A DNA stretch of 64,000 nucleotides from Gnetum montanum (lineage: Eukaryota; Plantae; Gnetophyta): positions 328,729-392,728 of the forward strand of contig MNCI01001305.1 of NCBI GenBank assembly GCA_015680685.1, in the 5' to 3' direction. Of the stretch, positions 1-13,485 are shown one piece after another (the stretch's first letter is position 1; every line of letters starts with the position of its first letter). Below the pieces are notes generated by a model. That model did not search any database. It saw nothing but the letters and a program-made list of their open reading frames with translations, and had not been told where the DNA came from. The position numbers and the translations under genes are program-made.

Positions 1-556
1 AATAGCTTTCAAGGATCCACTGATACGTCTCCATTAGGGGGATGGCAACGTCAACGATAGGGACAAACTCCCTCCCATTCCAATGAAGGAACTCGAAATT
101 GTGTTTGTACTGGCGTTCTTGGCGATCCAGGGGTAGACTTGCCTAGATCTTTGCACAGATGAAGTTGTAACGCTCTTCATCTTGTGCTAAGAACTCGGGC
201 AACAAATGTTGAATCCTAAGGGACTAGCATGGCACCAACACCGGGCTAGGTGGCCACTCAGCACCCATGCTGCTTTGCACTGAGAAAGGAGCCTCAAGAC
301 TCTAGGTGAAAATAGTAGTCGTTGTCTAAATCATCTTGCATGGTAAAAAGGAGATATCACAAACTAGAAACACAGAAATCGATGCGAGATCAAAGGCTTT
401 TCATTCTGTCGGGTTCCAAAGGAACCGTTGTCACGACCAATCTACACCACACGATGTGCAAACAACCACAAAAGGGTGTCACGTTTACGCTAGTATGTGA
501 CGGGGTACAGAGAGCATGCAAGACTACCCGTAGGACATGGAAAAGACACCAAAAGG

Positions 557-573
557 CCCTCCTTCTAGTGCCA
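557..573 (-). promoter_or_regulatory. Primer-binding site, tRNA-Asn(GTT)
   Basis: Reverse complement TGGCACTAGAAGGAGGG matches TGGCGCTAGAAGGAGGG, the complement of the plant tRNA-Asn 3' end (…CCCTCCTTCTAGCG-CCA). Confidence 0.85.
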
Positions 574-1667
574 GAAACTATAGTGACTGAAAATGTCAAT
601 GGTTGGAACACCGAGAGGTTTTTGGGTGAATAGTTTAACCCTGGATCCATGCGAGGGATGTGCTGGAGAAAAATGGAAGTAGGGTGCCCTAAACAGTTTG
701 GTCGATCAAACTGGGACTTAATCGGTGTATCTTAACCTTACGTAAATGTTGTTTCGGAAGCGAGACACATGAGGTAAATCGATGATCAATAAATGCAGAA
801 ATGGAGAAAATGGTGCAAAACAACGATAATAGTAAAGAAATAGTAAAACAAACTTGGGTGAGAAAATGCACCGCCCCAAGGTTGCGGATTTGATTCTTTG
901 TCTTGTTTTAAAGGTGTACAACAAGTAACATCGAAGAGACACTGCTTACACCGAGCGGTATAGCCACAATTCTTCTGCTTGCTGATCTATTTGCTAAGAT
1001 GTCAAAATGCTTAACTCACAAAGGAACATTTGGAGCCAACCAAAGAGCTTAAAGGTAACTAGAGTGCTCGAAAGAAATGCCAACTATGCCTTCTAAAAGC
1101 CAACTACACCAAAAAAAAGCCAACTCTATTTGCCAAGGAGCCAATCAAGAAGCCAACCAGTCAACGCGAAAAGCCAACAAGCCAACTGCTCTTGCCAATG
1201 TAAAAATGCCAACCCTTTGAGTGTTGTTCGCTGGGGTATTTATAGGGCCAGTAGTAGGAGAGAAATGTGGTCTAGCCACCATGTCCTGGACCCCACAAGG
1301 TGCTAACATGTCCATACCGTGTAGGTGTGCAATGCTGGATGTCAACTTGGTTACGCTGTGACTATACCACCAGAACTGCATGTGCCAAGATCCAATGTGC
1401 TAACAATGCAAGAAAAATGGAGCCTATGCTCCAGGACTACGTCTCCCCTGCCCCTATGAGCAAGGTCAAGCATAGGAACAATGTTTTGGGAGCTAATCAG
1501 GGGGTGTGCAAGATGAAGTGAAATTGCTAATTCTGCCAAGGAGATGCCAGAGCGAGGAAGATTCCTATCAACAAGTTCTAGAGTTACCCGAAGATGTCTT
1601 GATGCTTCCAAACCAGTGTTGCATTACTCACGCTGTCAAGTGCATTGGCATAGCATAAGTGGCTACT

Positions 1668-2222
1668 TGGTATGCTATGCTACCCTACACAGCATAGCAT
1701 AGGATAGCCACTGGTTTTCACCAAAATTTGTGTTGGAGCTGAAAAGCATTTGTCTAAGGCTTAGTCATGCTCACAACTACAACTTTTTTCCTTTATGTCG
1801 GGAATCCTTTGAACTTGCTGAACTCATGTTTGAAACACTTTTGCTGCTTTTGCATTGTTGCTATGCTATGCTATGCTATGTAGCATAGCACAATGTAGCA
1901 ACCAGTGTATCATGCTTCTCTGTTCAATCTGCAATTTACTAGCAAGAAATTTTGCTCGAGGCCTAGGGGCTAAGTGAGGCAACTGATTTTGAAGACTGAA
2001 GTGTTGCCCAGTGCAACTTTCTTGTTGGAATCACTTGATAAGATGGGCCTTTCTACTTTTCCTTTGCTACACTGTGCTACGCTACATAGCGTAGCATAGC
2101 GTAGCACATTGCGTTGACTAAATCTTGACTTGTTTTGTAATCATTCTATCAATTCGCACTTGGATGCTTAAGCAACTATCTTTCAAGGCTTGCTACACTG
2201 TATAGTGTAGAGTAGCGTAGCA
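1668..2222. repeat. Clusters of palindromic (GCTAC)n/(GTAGC)n pentamer repeats inside LTR A
   Basis: Examples: TTGCTATGCTATGCTATGCTATGTAGCATAGCAC (~1858) and GCTACGCTACATAGCGTAGCATAGCGTAGC (~2076); further clusters at ~1668 and ~2190. Confidence 0.75.
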
Positions 2223-2515
2223 GAATTCTTCACTAGAACACTTGCTGAACTATTTTTCTCATCCCAAACACTTTCGGCAACTCCTAGCATAGCTTCTGGG
2301 TAGACTGTTAACCGAGTCAATTGTCCAATTGGGCGGGTTGGAGAGTCTATCAAGCTTGTTGGCTCTGGAGGTAGAAAACTTACCAGCCTGGACAGTCCAA
2401 CCTTAGTACCTACATTTTTCTATCGAACTATCATGATGCTACACTTGTGGAAGTCCTTGCCTAAATTCCAAGACCTTGTTGAGGTATGAGGGTCCTGAAA
2501 TTTTATGGTGTTTCA

Positions 2516-4750
2516 AGGAGGACCTTGAGCTATGGGAAGCCAAAGAAGCCCTTTCATTATAGAGGGGTACTTGAATCATGAATGGTTCTCTTGAAAGTCT
2601 CTAATTATCATCAATGTTGAATGATGAAATAACATTGAGGCTATCGTTAGCATTCAATAGGTCTTTTTAGACCTTCATCGACTGATTTTGTGGCTGAATA
2701 GGGTTAGAAGTATCTAAGACCAGTTCCCCCCTATCTATCATCCTTGGCAGGTTATCCTTCAGTGCAAGGCAGAAGTCTGTATCATGACTAGGTAGTTTAT
2801 GAAAATGGAAAAAGTAGTTTATCTTGAATTATCTAGGCAACTGGGGATCATCCTTCATTCCCAAAGTAGAATCTTTGGCTATTTCGCATAGTCGCACATA
2901 TTTCTTCCAAGCGGCTTTGATCATTTATTTGTGTTGTAAGCACTCACTTCTTAATAGTTGGTCTAGTAACTTGAATGGTTTTAATGGAAACATAGTGTAC
3001 TTAGACCTCTTCTTCCTTTCAAAGTTAGGTCTATTTATTGTCGATAAAATGGTCCGAAAAGTTGATGGTTGGTTATTATAGTCATTGGTGGGGGCCTTAG
3101 GTGGATTAACCTTCAGCCCTTAGCTCATGGTCTTTGTTTCCTTAGTTATAGTTGCTATAGTAGTGTTGTTTTGTTTTCTCTTTTCTTTGTCTCTTCAAGT
3201 GTGTTGGTTTTTATATGCTATATAGGATGGATCATGACAGCCCTCTATAGCATCCTCTATATTTTTAGTTTGCAAGAATTCTTGACTAAGAGACTGTGGA
3301 TCAAGGTAGTAGAGTTTGGACTTGATGAAGTCATTAACTGCTCCCTTGAATATAGCTAATAAGTGGGCTTCATATATGGGCTTTGGTATTTTATTTAATA
3401 GTTCATTCCACCACTGAATGAATTTTTGTATAGGTTCTAAGGATCCTTTCTTGACCTTCATGAGTTGGTCAAGTGTTGTGTCAAGCTTCAAGTTATACTT
3501 AAAGTGGTTGACAAACTAGGCTACTAAGTCCTCTAAAGAGGATATGGATCCTCTAGGCAATGTGTGATACCAATCAAGTACTTTCCCAGTCAAAGACAAG
3601 GAAAATCCTCATGATGGTATGAGGCCATGGCTACAAGAGTAAACATTTAGGTTGAAAGCTAATAAGGTGAGCATTAGGGTCACCTTCTCCATTATATTTG
3701 CTAAATTTGGGAATGTGGACACCAGAAGGAAGTGTCAAGGGTGGGACTACAGGACATATGGAACCATCCTAGTAGAAGTTCATAATCTTGATTATTTATA
3801 TGGTAGAGGCTTTAAGCCTCTTCAACTCCTCTGTTAGATCTTAGATAATTTGGAAGGCTTGATCAAAGCCTTGCAGTGGCCCCATAGGTTTCAAGGTCTT
3901 TACATAAGGTTATGGCATTTTTAGTGAGGCTTCATTATGGATTACATGACAAAAGGAAGAGGTTGCATTATGATTATGGCTTGTGGGCAAAACAAAGAAA
4001 AAGATGTTTGTGTTGATACTTGAGGCACAAATGGGACAAATAGGGTGTGTGACCCCTATGTTTCTTGGGGTCCCATGATGGATCCCACATGAGTAGTTAA
4101 TGGATTTGTAGTGGTAAAAACCACTGTTGATGGTTTTATATATCAAGACTATGTTGTAAATGGCATTTATGTGCTATAGTTGGTTGTTTGTGACATTGAC
4201 TGTGTGAAGTGTGGCTATAACCAGCATGAGATATGCCTTAGTAGGGTAGGAAGGAGTGGAAGATGGTGGAACCATGTCCATGAAGAAAATAAAAGCATTA
4301 GAAGAAGGTGTTGTGACTTTGGGGGATGTTTGTTGGAACAGTCCTCCTAGGATGTTTTCAGGCTCAGATTCTACCATAACTTGATCCCTCTCTTCTTGTT
4401 ATTCCTCAAAGCTAGTCATGTCATCTTCCTCTTCCATGATAATCAATTAGGCTAGGACACTAGAATAGATGTCATTAAGGCAAATTTGGTCATACGAGGA
4501 AGGGATGTACTCCTTCCCACTCTTGTGTATGAGCTCAAATTCCCATGCCTACCTATATTTTAGCATAAATGAATTTATAATGATCTTCATTTATGGTTAC
4601 AAAATCATGACTCTCCCCTTTGACCCTCAAAGATCACCTACACTCAATGATGGTAAGGTCTTTGGGATCATGCATCCTCATGGTTGGTTGTCTATGATCT
4701 TCACTAGTAAGAATGAATGGTAATTTAGTGGACTTTTGGAAAGACATAGT
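2516..4750 (-). pseudogene. Degenerate Ogre/Tat gag of element B, with pre-gag N-terminal domain and Cys/His motif
   Basis: SLTGKVLDWYHTLPRGSISSLEDLV…FVNHFKYN (~3600-3490); ORF 3195-3491; FHKLPSHDTDFCLALKDNL (~2810-2750); many stops and frameshifts. Confidence 0.85.
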
Positions 4751-7488
4751 TATAGTGATAAGAATGGCTTAAAATAGGCTATAAATGGTAAAATAAGAGT
4801 AAATTCCAATGAATGAAATTCAAAAACTCTTAAAGGAAAAGAAAATGACAAAAAATGATGTACCTACTATAATTAGTAAGTGGGGAATAAGGGGGGTTTT
4901 ACCCCTTTACCAGAAATGAAATGTTGGAAATGTTGGTTTCAAGCCTCACCCTAGTTGGCCTTCCAACTACCTCTACAATGGGTATGGCAAGGGAGGAAAG
5001 AATGGGGATGAGATAGTGGAAATCTCACACCTTCTTATTTCAATGTTGGAGAGAGGAAAAAAAGTTTGAAGACCAAAATGAAAACTTGGCAGTACCAAAG
5101 ATTGTTTTGGTAGGTTGCCAAATTTTACCACAAAGGAGAAAAAAGCGGGTTTGGTTGGTATAGAAACCAACATTAATTTAGTGGCAAAAAATGTGACAGA
5201 AAAAATTAAATGGTTATTAAGGCTTCCATGCTGGCTTTGCTCTAGAAATTCATAGTAGATATTGTGAAATTTCAACATTCAAACCACTTGCAACTTCCAT
5301 GCTAAGGTTTCTGCTACAACAATGGTAAAGGCAACATTGGATTTCTTGGGAGTTTTGGCTTCAAAAAACTAGAAAATGGCTCTCAACTTGCAATAAAAGT
5401 AGGTTTGTTCATTAAATTAGTAACAAACTTCATCAACACTAGCCTTCTAACTACTTCCATGCTGGGTATGGCAAAGGGGAAAAAGAAGGGATGTGAGATG
5501 ATGGGAGTCACACACCTCCTACCTCAACATTGATGAGGGAAAGGCTATAAACCAAAGTGGAAAGTTAGTGTTTTTCCACTAAAACTAGTTTTAGCCAGCT
5601 GCTAATTTTCTCAACTTGAACAAGCAAGGGAAAAAGCCAACTCATGAAAGAGTTGAACCACCCACTTTTAAAAACTAGAGAAAAAAAATTTTAGCAATAA
5701 AAATGAAAAAATAATAAGGCAAAAAAAGATATCAATGTTGGCTTTGAGCTATAGAATTCATAGAAAATGCTATGAAAAGCCAAAATCCAACCACAACTTC
5801 CACCCTATAGCTTTGATCATAGGGGAGGAAAGCCCAGCATTAATTCTTCAAATGTTTTTGTTGAAAAAACCAATGAAAAGCTTGCAAATGGAAATGAAAA
5901 GAATAAATCTAATCACAAAATTTAGGTGAGGGTCCTCCTTCTAGTGCCAAGAAAAGATGTTATGACCGAAAACCTTAGTCACTAGAAAAACCAAGGATCC
6001 TTGGTATAGCAATTTCCTAACCCCAAATTCCTAAGGCCTCAATGAGAAAAATGGGATTCAACATACCTTGGCCAATTTAACAAATCCACCATGGACTTAT
6101 GTAATGAAAAACATGGAAATAAAAGGAAACAGAATGCAAAAATGATAACAGATCTGAAATAATGCACAAATGATAAACAAATATATTTCGTACATGAAAT
6201 CCAAAACTTAAAAACTTTATTGAGAATGAAAATATAGAATAAATTTGAAAAATGTGTACAAATGGTGCCTTAAGTTGGTAGTAATAGGGGGGTCACTAGT
6301 GTAGGAGTTCAAAGTTCATTAAAGCCAATAGAATTTGCTTCATAATTAGAATACTAAGCCACTCATGATGCTATCAAACCTTTCGCAACTGCTGCAACCT
6401 TAGATCTACCAATTGGATCACTACTAGTGGTGAGAAATGCAAAACATTTGGATGACAGATTGCTCCACACTAAGGTTTGGGAATCCCAGAAGTGCAGTGT
6501 TAACATCCAAAATCCACAAATTTCAAGGCTATAATGCTTCCACACTAGGGTTTAAGAGAATGCAAGTATGGGAACTTGCAAGAAATCTTCAGTGCTTAGA
6601 AATGCCCCAAGTGTGGAATTAGTACTTGGAAGATTGCATGTGTTCTCAATGAAAACACCTTGCTAAATCCTCAAAAAATTACGAAACTTGTAAATGGGGT
6701 TTGAGGTTGGCTTTTATAGGATCTTTGGGCCATGAATGGGGTTACAAAATGGCCATGATTTGGTTGAAAAAATGGCTATAAATTGGCTATAAATTGATTG
6801 AAAATTGGCTGTAAAATGCCTACAAATTGAATTTAAAATGGCTGCAAATTAGTTGTTAAATTTAGGTGAGATGGGTGCCCAAATTTGCGAAGTTACCATA
6901 CATAGTAAGTGCTCCCCCCATGGCTATTCTATTTACTATAAATAGTAACTGGGGCACCCCTTCCACATTGGAGATGAATCTTCTACGCTGAGCTCTCCAC
7001 CATGCTTGCTAAAGCAGTTGGTCAACCTTGAAGTACACAAAGTGATGAATTCTGGCTTTTATGGCTTCCACATTGAGGAGGGAAGGTTTCCAAGCTATGC
7101 ATGTGGTCCCCACATGGAAGGGAAAAAGTTTCCAAAACTTCCATCTTTCCATGCTAGAGATAGGTGAGATTTACCCCCATGCATGTGCTTCTAGCATAGA
7201 AAAATGTATACCCCCAATAAATCCCATCAAGGTGCCTTTTGACCATTCCAAAAGGCATTGTTGATCCCCACCAAGCACAAATATAGATACTATGTGACTT
7301 TTTCACTTAGAAAATGAGGCTTTAACCACTTATGAGGTATTTTTTAGCTCCAAAAGTATAAAGTATGTGAAATTGCCAATTGTGGATTACAATCTTCACA
7401 TTTACAATGAAGTTTTGCCTGAGCTTTCATGGGGTGAAAGCTACATGATGACAACTGGCTATAACATGCAAATTTTTGTGGTGTTTCA
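2516..7488 (-). mobile_element. Ogre/Tat-like element B: 5' LTR 5958-7488, PBS 5933-5949, leader, degenerate gag; interrupted by A
   Basis: LTR start TGAAACACCAC at 7488 (minus) and TG at 5958; Asn PBS; inserted in the integrase of element C. Confidence 0.85.
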
Positions 7489-10228
7489 TTCAATTGCAAT
7501 GATGATGAAGCTATGTCCTGTAGAAGACTTAGGTGTTATAGGTCCAATGATGTACAAGATCCACCATTGAAATGGTTGGGTGATTTGAGTAGTGTGCAAT
7601 TTAGTTGGTGGCACATGTATTAGGTTGTTATGCCATTGACAAGTATCACAAGTTTCAACCTTCTATAGGTAGTCATTTTCCATATAAGGCTAATAATAGC
7701 CTAGCCATCTAATCTTTATAGCCATGGCTCTAGGCCCTATATGTACTCCACATATACCCTCATAAACTTTCTCAAGGTTTGTCTAGGATTCAGTTTTTCC
7801 CAAGCATACTAATAATATGCCATCATAAGACCATCGACATAATGTGTTATTTCCTATGATGACATACTATTTTGACCATTTACATATGGTGTCTTTTAAG
7901 AAGTAGTTAGGCCTTGGGGAGATTCACCATGCATGAGGTAAAACTTCATATCATTATACCATTCCCTTAGAGGGGTAATACTGATGGAGGCTACAAAGAT
8001 ATCCTCAATGTTTTGCATGATGGGGATTGCATAGTCCATAGTTAAGATAGGTAACTTACTAAACACATCAAGCATCACACTAACAGCTAAGATTGTAATG
8101 GCATCACCTAATGTGTTCTCGATTCGGGTACATGTTGGATATCAATGTCTATTAATTGTTGCATTAGTTTCTTACCTCAATCACAGTAATATTGCAAATG
8201 TTGGACTTTACATGCATAAACCTTGATTATTTAGTTAACCACAAGTTGTAAATTACCTTTCATCACTAGACGTTTGATTCCTAAGTCATGAGCTACCATC
8301 ATTTCCCTAATTAATCCTTCATACTCTACTACATTGTTGGTATATTAAAACTCGAAATGATAAGTGAAGGGTTGGATTTCACCAAACGGGAGTGTTATGA
8401 TGGCAACAACACTAGCCGCATGGGCTATCGAAACTTCATAAATGTGCCTGACCACCTCATAGTCCTCAACTACATCGCTAACAATGTTGATGTGTTCATC
8501 AAGAAATTCCGACTCTATGGCTGCATGATCTTCTACTAGTGAAATAGTAAGTTGCATGGCTATAGCTTGACCTTTCATTGAGGCTCGAGAGATATAATGA
8601 AGGCCAAACTCAGCTATTATGGCTTTTCAATGACCTATACAAATACTTTCATAGATATTGGTCATGATGGCTCTAAGCACATTGTCTTTACAAATGATGT
8701 TGATTTGGCTTCTAAAGAGGTAATGCTGCCACTTCTTCAATGAGAATACTAGGGCTAAACAATACTTCTCTACTTTGGTGTATTAGGTCTCATGGGCAAC
8801 TAATGCATGACTTAGGTAGTATATAGGTAATTCTTCTTCATCATCTCATTTCTAATAGAGTAGAGAGGTAACAGACATGTCAAAGATAGTAAGGTAGATA
8901 TAAAAAGGCTTATCCTGTTGTGGCAGATAAACCATCAGTAGTTATGCCAACTCTTGCTTAATATTTTCAAAGGCTTCTTGACATTAAGCTATCCACACAT
9001 AGTGAACCCCTTTCTTAAGAAAGTGTCGCATGAATTGTAACTTATCCGTAAGCCTAGCGATAAACCTACAGCTAAATTGTAATCTACCTTGTAGCTTCTA
9101 AAGATCCTTAAGGTTAGTTGGTGCTGCCAAGTTAGACCTTGTCAAGATTAACATGTATTCTAACTTTGGATACTACAAAGCCAAGCATCTTATCGATTTT
9201 GATGCCAAAGACACACTTCTTGGGACTAAGCCTAAGATCATACTTGAGACATTGTTTAAGCACAAGGTCAAGGTCATGCACATGATTATCAACCACTTTG
9301 GACATACAGCTCTATTTTCTACATAGTTATTGAGTAATCTTAGCATATAATCACTAAAGATATACATCATAGCTCTTTGGTAGGTTGCTCTAGCATTCTT
9401 TAGGCCAAAGGGCATAATGATATAACAAAAGATACCCAAATGAGTTATGAAGGTTATACTAACTTGATGTTCTGGGTTAATCCTGCTTTAGTTGTATCTC
9501 GATAACCCATCCATGAAGGATAATAAGGCATGCCCAATTGTAGTATCAATAAGTTGGTTAATACTAGATCAGAGGAAATCATCCTTGATGATTACCTTAT
9601 ATAGGTCTCAAAAATTAATACAAATATGTATACTCCCATTTTTCTTATGGACTACCACTATTCTAGACATCCATTCTACGTAATTAACAACTCTAATGAA
9701 ACCATCCTAATATAGTTTTGTGATCTCATCACAAAATATCAAGGCTAAATCTGGCCTAATCTTACCAACTTTTTCCTTAATTGGTCTAATGTTGGGATCG
9801 AGTGTGATGTTATGCTGCACTAGGCATGGGTCAAGTCTTGGCATATCTTCATATGACTAGGCAAAGGCCTTAATGTTGTCCTAAAAAAATTGGTAATGTC
9901 TTAAGCCTATTGAGGTTCCAATGAGGAACCTAATTTTAGGGTTTTCTCCTTACCACTATGTGTCATGATAGGAACCTTAGCAAGAGAGTCTTTGGTAATG
10001 TTGCCAGCCTCAAGGTCAAGGATTTTCACTAGGTTTTTAGGCCACTCTAGATGCTTCTCTAATAAGGCTATGTGGTCAACAAGACTCTTTGGCTCAAGAT
10101 CTAGGCAATTAAGGTCAATACATCATTCAACATCACCATGAGATTCACTTAGGTTAAATGGTAAACCAATTTTCTTCAAAGTGTTCATACTCTAATTCTG
10201 CCTATGAACCATAAGAAATAAGTGGTAT
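7489..10228 (-). pseudogene. Degenerate pol of C: RT (~9900-9170), RNase H (~8950-8600), archaeal-type RNase H (~8480-8100), integrase N-terminus (7990-7489)
   Basis: NIKAFA*SYEDMPRLDP; MPFGLKNARATYQRAM; KGQAIA…FLDE; TNNVVEYEGLI…LGIKRL…GNLQLVVN (aRH); YEGICGVHIG…CDTCQWH; WILYIIGPITPKSSTGHSFIIIA. Confidence 0.92.
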
Positions 10229-10789
10229 CTAGGTAAAATGAGAAAAAAATGCCAAAATGAAATAAAATATGCTAGCCACTATGCAAAAATGTGCTATTTC
10301 ATTGTTGAACAAGGTGCAAGCAAGGTCAACAAAGGCAATAAGAGGTTGGTAAAGATAAATAAGATAAAACAAGGGCTATATCATGTCATATAAAGGTCAA
10401 ACAATGGGAACACTTCGTGGAATAGGGCCAAGTGATGCTCCAATGATAATGAAGGACAATAATGGAGAATAAGATCAAAACAAGTTGAAAAACAATATAT
10501 GACAAAATAGAATCAAACATGGTCAACTATGATTACACTTTGCCAATTTTATGTCTTAGCAAGCCATATGATGATTACATGGTATCAAATGCTAGTTAAG
10601 GATGATCAAACCCATCACCTAATACCAATCAAAGGTTAAAAAATTTTTATTGAGGTCAAAAAGATATAGATTTTTCTAGTTTTAGGCCTTTGTAGGCCTT
10701 AGCACATCATGATATAAGACTACAATGTTGACAAATGAGTTTGGACACATGGTGGGGTTGTTTTAGGGTTGTTTGAAAGTAAAACTGAC

Positions 10790-12900
10790 ACCTTTTGATG
10801 TGACTACACTGGGCTCTATTGCTAACTACACTAGCCAATGTAGTCACACTAGGCACCAATGTAGTTGGCATCAATAAGTGGGTCCCCAAGTTCATCATGA
10901 TCAATTTTTGATTCCTAATGATTAGTATGACCAGTGTTGTGAAATGGGGTTGAGAATTCATGGATTTTGACTCTGTTTTCACTCAATAGGAGTAGAAATG
11001 AGGTCAAAACTAGTGCCTATGCTGGGACTACGATAGCCAACATACTCAAGGTCATCCCCATCATAGTTGCATGAGAAAAATGGATTTATGAGGTTCTAGA
11101 ATTTCCATCAATGTTCAAATTGCTTCCTAGGGTAGCGTAGGATCTTGGAAGAGCAAGATAGGCTATTTCAAGGTCAAAAAAAGCTTCAAGAGATGGAGTT
11201 TTGGTATCAATACCTCATGACTATGATGGCCAGTGTAGTTGAGCATTGCTCCAACATAGATATACCAAAATCAAGGTATTCCATGATTGAACAAGGCTAA
11301 ATTGTAGTCACTTTTAGGATTCCATAATTCTAGGCTTCTAGCATCAAGTTTCTGATGACTTTGAGTGCCATTATGATGGTTAAAACACCTCAAGGCATGG
11401 ACTACACTTAGACTACACTGGCCAACATAGTTCCATGTCTACCTTAGTGTAGTCACATGGAATTTGGTGTTCCCAAGATCAAAACAAGGAAAAATTATCA
11501 TTTTTTGGTAAAATTTTTGGTCATTCGAAATATCACTACACTGGCTAGCATAGTCTTGGTCTGTTCTAGTGTAGTCATGTGAAAAATCTAGCTTTTGATG
11601 GGTTTCTATGGTCAATCAACATGGTTCTTTGATTCTCAAGGTTGCCAATGTTCCTAGCCAAGGTTCTGACTTTATATGATTGATCCCAAATGTTGTTTAG
11701 GTTTCAAAACAATCATTTCCCATTGTGACTATGCTAAATAAATTAGTTAATCCTAGCCACAATGTAGTTGAGGTAAATCTAGTGTTTCTAGGATCAAAAT
11801 GAGATGAATTTGCAATTTGGTAAGGCTAAACAGTGTTCTAGGTTTTAAAGTTAGATTTTGGGCTATTTTGGGGTATCAATTTATTAGTCAAATCAACCTT
11901 AGACCATGACTACACTATGATTACACTAGCCAGTGTAGTCTAGGCTTGATCTAGTGTAGTCACAACATGGAATTTGAATTTTCATGTAATTATATGCTCA
12001 ATTAATAGGGTTCTCAAGTTCTAGGGTTACTGGTGTTGAAAACTTCGGTTTCAGGATTAAAATTGTTTCTTTTAGTGAATTTTTTGATGTCAAAATGGCC
12101 ATACACTACTAGACTACATTGGCCAACATAGTCATAGTATGGATGTGGTGTGTATGATGATTTCTAGCCACTTTTAACTAAGGTTGCAAGGTTTAGAAGT
12201 CATTGGAATCTCTAGAAAGGTTTTTGGATTGATAGGATGTAGTGAGAAGTCAATTTGGCATGTCCTTGGCTTGTTTTGGTGTTTTGGGAGGTGGACTAAG
12301 CTAGCCAACATAGTCCAAAGCTTTCCTAGTATATTCTTGGGGTGAAATGGATTTTGGTCTTCTTCTATTTCATAATTCTAAGTACAAGATCACCGAAGAT
12401 CTTGAAGGAGTTTTAAGGTTAAAATATGATAATTTAGATATTTTTATGTGTTTTTGGAAATCCACCTTGAACCAACTATGTTGGGACTACACTACCAATG
12501 TAGTCAAGATCACTTCTAGCATAGATACAGTGTGGGATGGAATTTGGCTTATTTTGGATGAGTTATTTGCTATTTTAAGGCTACCAAAGCTTCTAGGGTG
12601 AAGGAAAAAATATGCCAATTCCAAGGTTATTTAATGTTCATTTCTTACTCAACTATATTGGGACTATATTGGCTAGTGTAGTTGAGGCCTTCCCCAATGT
12701 AGTCCATGCAAGAAAATTGGGTTTTGCTGATTTTTAATAAGTTTCATGCAATTTTGGACCTGCCACAGGTTCTAGTTAGGGTTTGGTGTATGGTGTTATA
12801 TTTTTAGAGTTAATTTGGAGTTTAGTTGATGTTTGGGGGCCTTATCCCACTTGTGACTATGCTAGCCAATGTAGTCAAGCTTCTGGTCAACATAGTTACC
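10790..12900. repeat. Dispersed inverted motif GACTAC(A/G)CT…(A/G)TAGTC, many copies
   Basis: Examples: GACTACACTGGCCAACATAGT (11411), ACTACACTGGCTAGCATAGTC (~11535), GACTATGCTAGCCAATGTAGTC (~12855). Confidence 0.7.
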
Positions 12901-13485
12901 ACAAATGGTAACTTTTGGTATCGGTTTTTACCTACCTCTTTGTCCAGTTTCCATCAATGTCAACACTTGGTTTCCTATTTTGGGCATAAGGTTTCATGAC
13001 ATGGATGGGTATTTGGGAGGTTTATTTTGAGAGTAATTGGATTTTGAAACTCATTTCCAGGCTTCTAGATGCTTGAACCCCAAAGTAGTTATCATAGGAA
13101 GCTACAACTCTAAGTGTGTTAGGATTTCCATTGGCTTTCTACCTAGGCACCTAGTGGAGCAAACATTAAATTTGAGTTTTTTCACACACCAGTTCCCACT
13201 CACCCAACATAGTCTTACTTACCAATTATGATCATTTAGTTTAGTGGAACTTGGATGGGCATGTAAATTTGGGAATGATTTTCAAGAAATAATTTTACAT
13301 AAATCATTCTCTCTACATCACTCTCACCTTGTAGCATAGTCCATTAGAGCTCTATACCCATCCTAGCTTCCACTACTTTCATCTCCAATATATATCAACA
13401 CTTCTACCTTAAGGAGTAGGTTCAATTATTGTAGGAGGCTCCAAAAGTTCAGAACATCTTTGTTGTTTCTACATTGATTACCATC

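Larger units (their letters stand above)
1..2515 (-). mobile_element. Ogre/Tat-like Ty3/gypsy element A: 5' LTR 579-2515, PBS, leader and start of pre-gag domain; continues left out of window
   Basis: LTR begins TGAAACACC on the minus strand at 2515, a terminus shared with 7488, 25962, 38366 and 51429. tRNA-Asn PBS at 557-573. Minus translation of 1-200 gives YNFICAKI*ASLPLDRQERQYKHNFEF, homologous to 40345-40450. Interrupts gag of element B. Confidence 0.85.
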
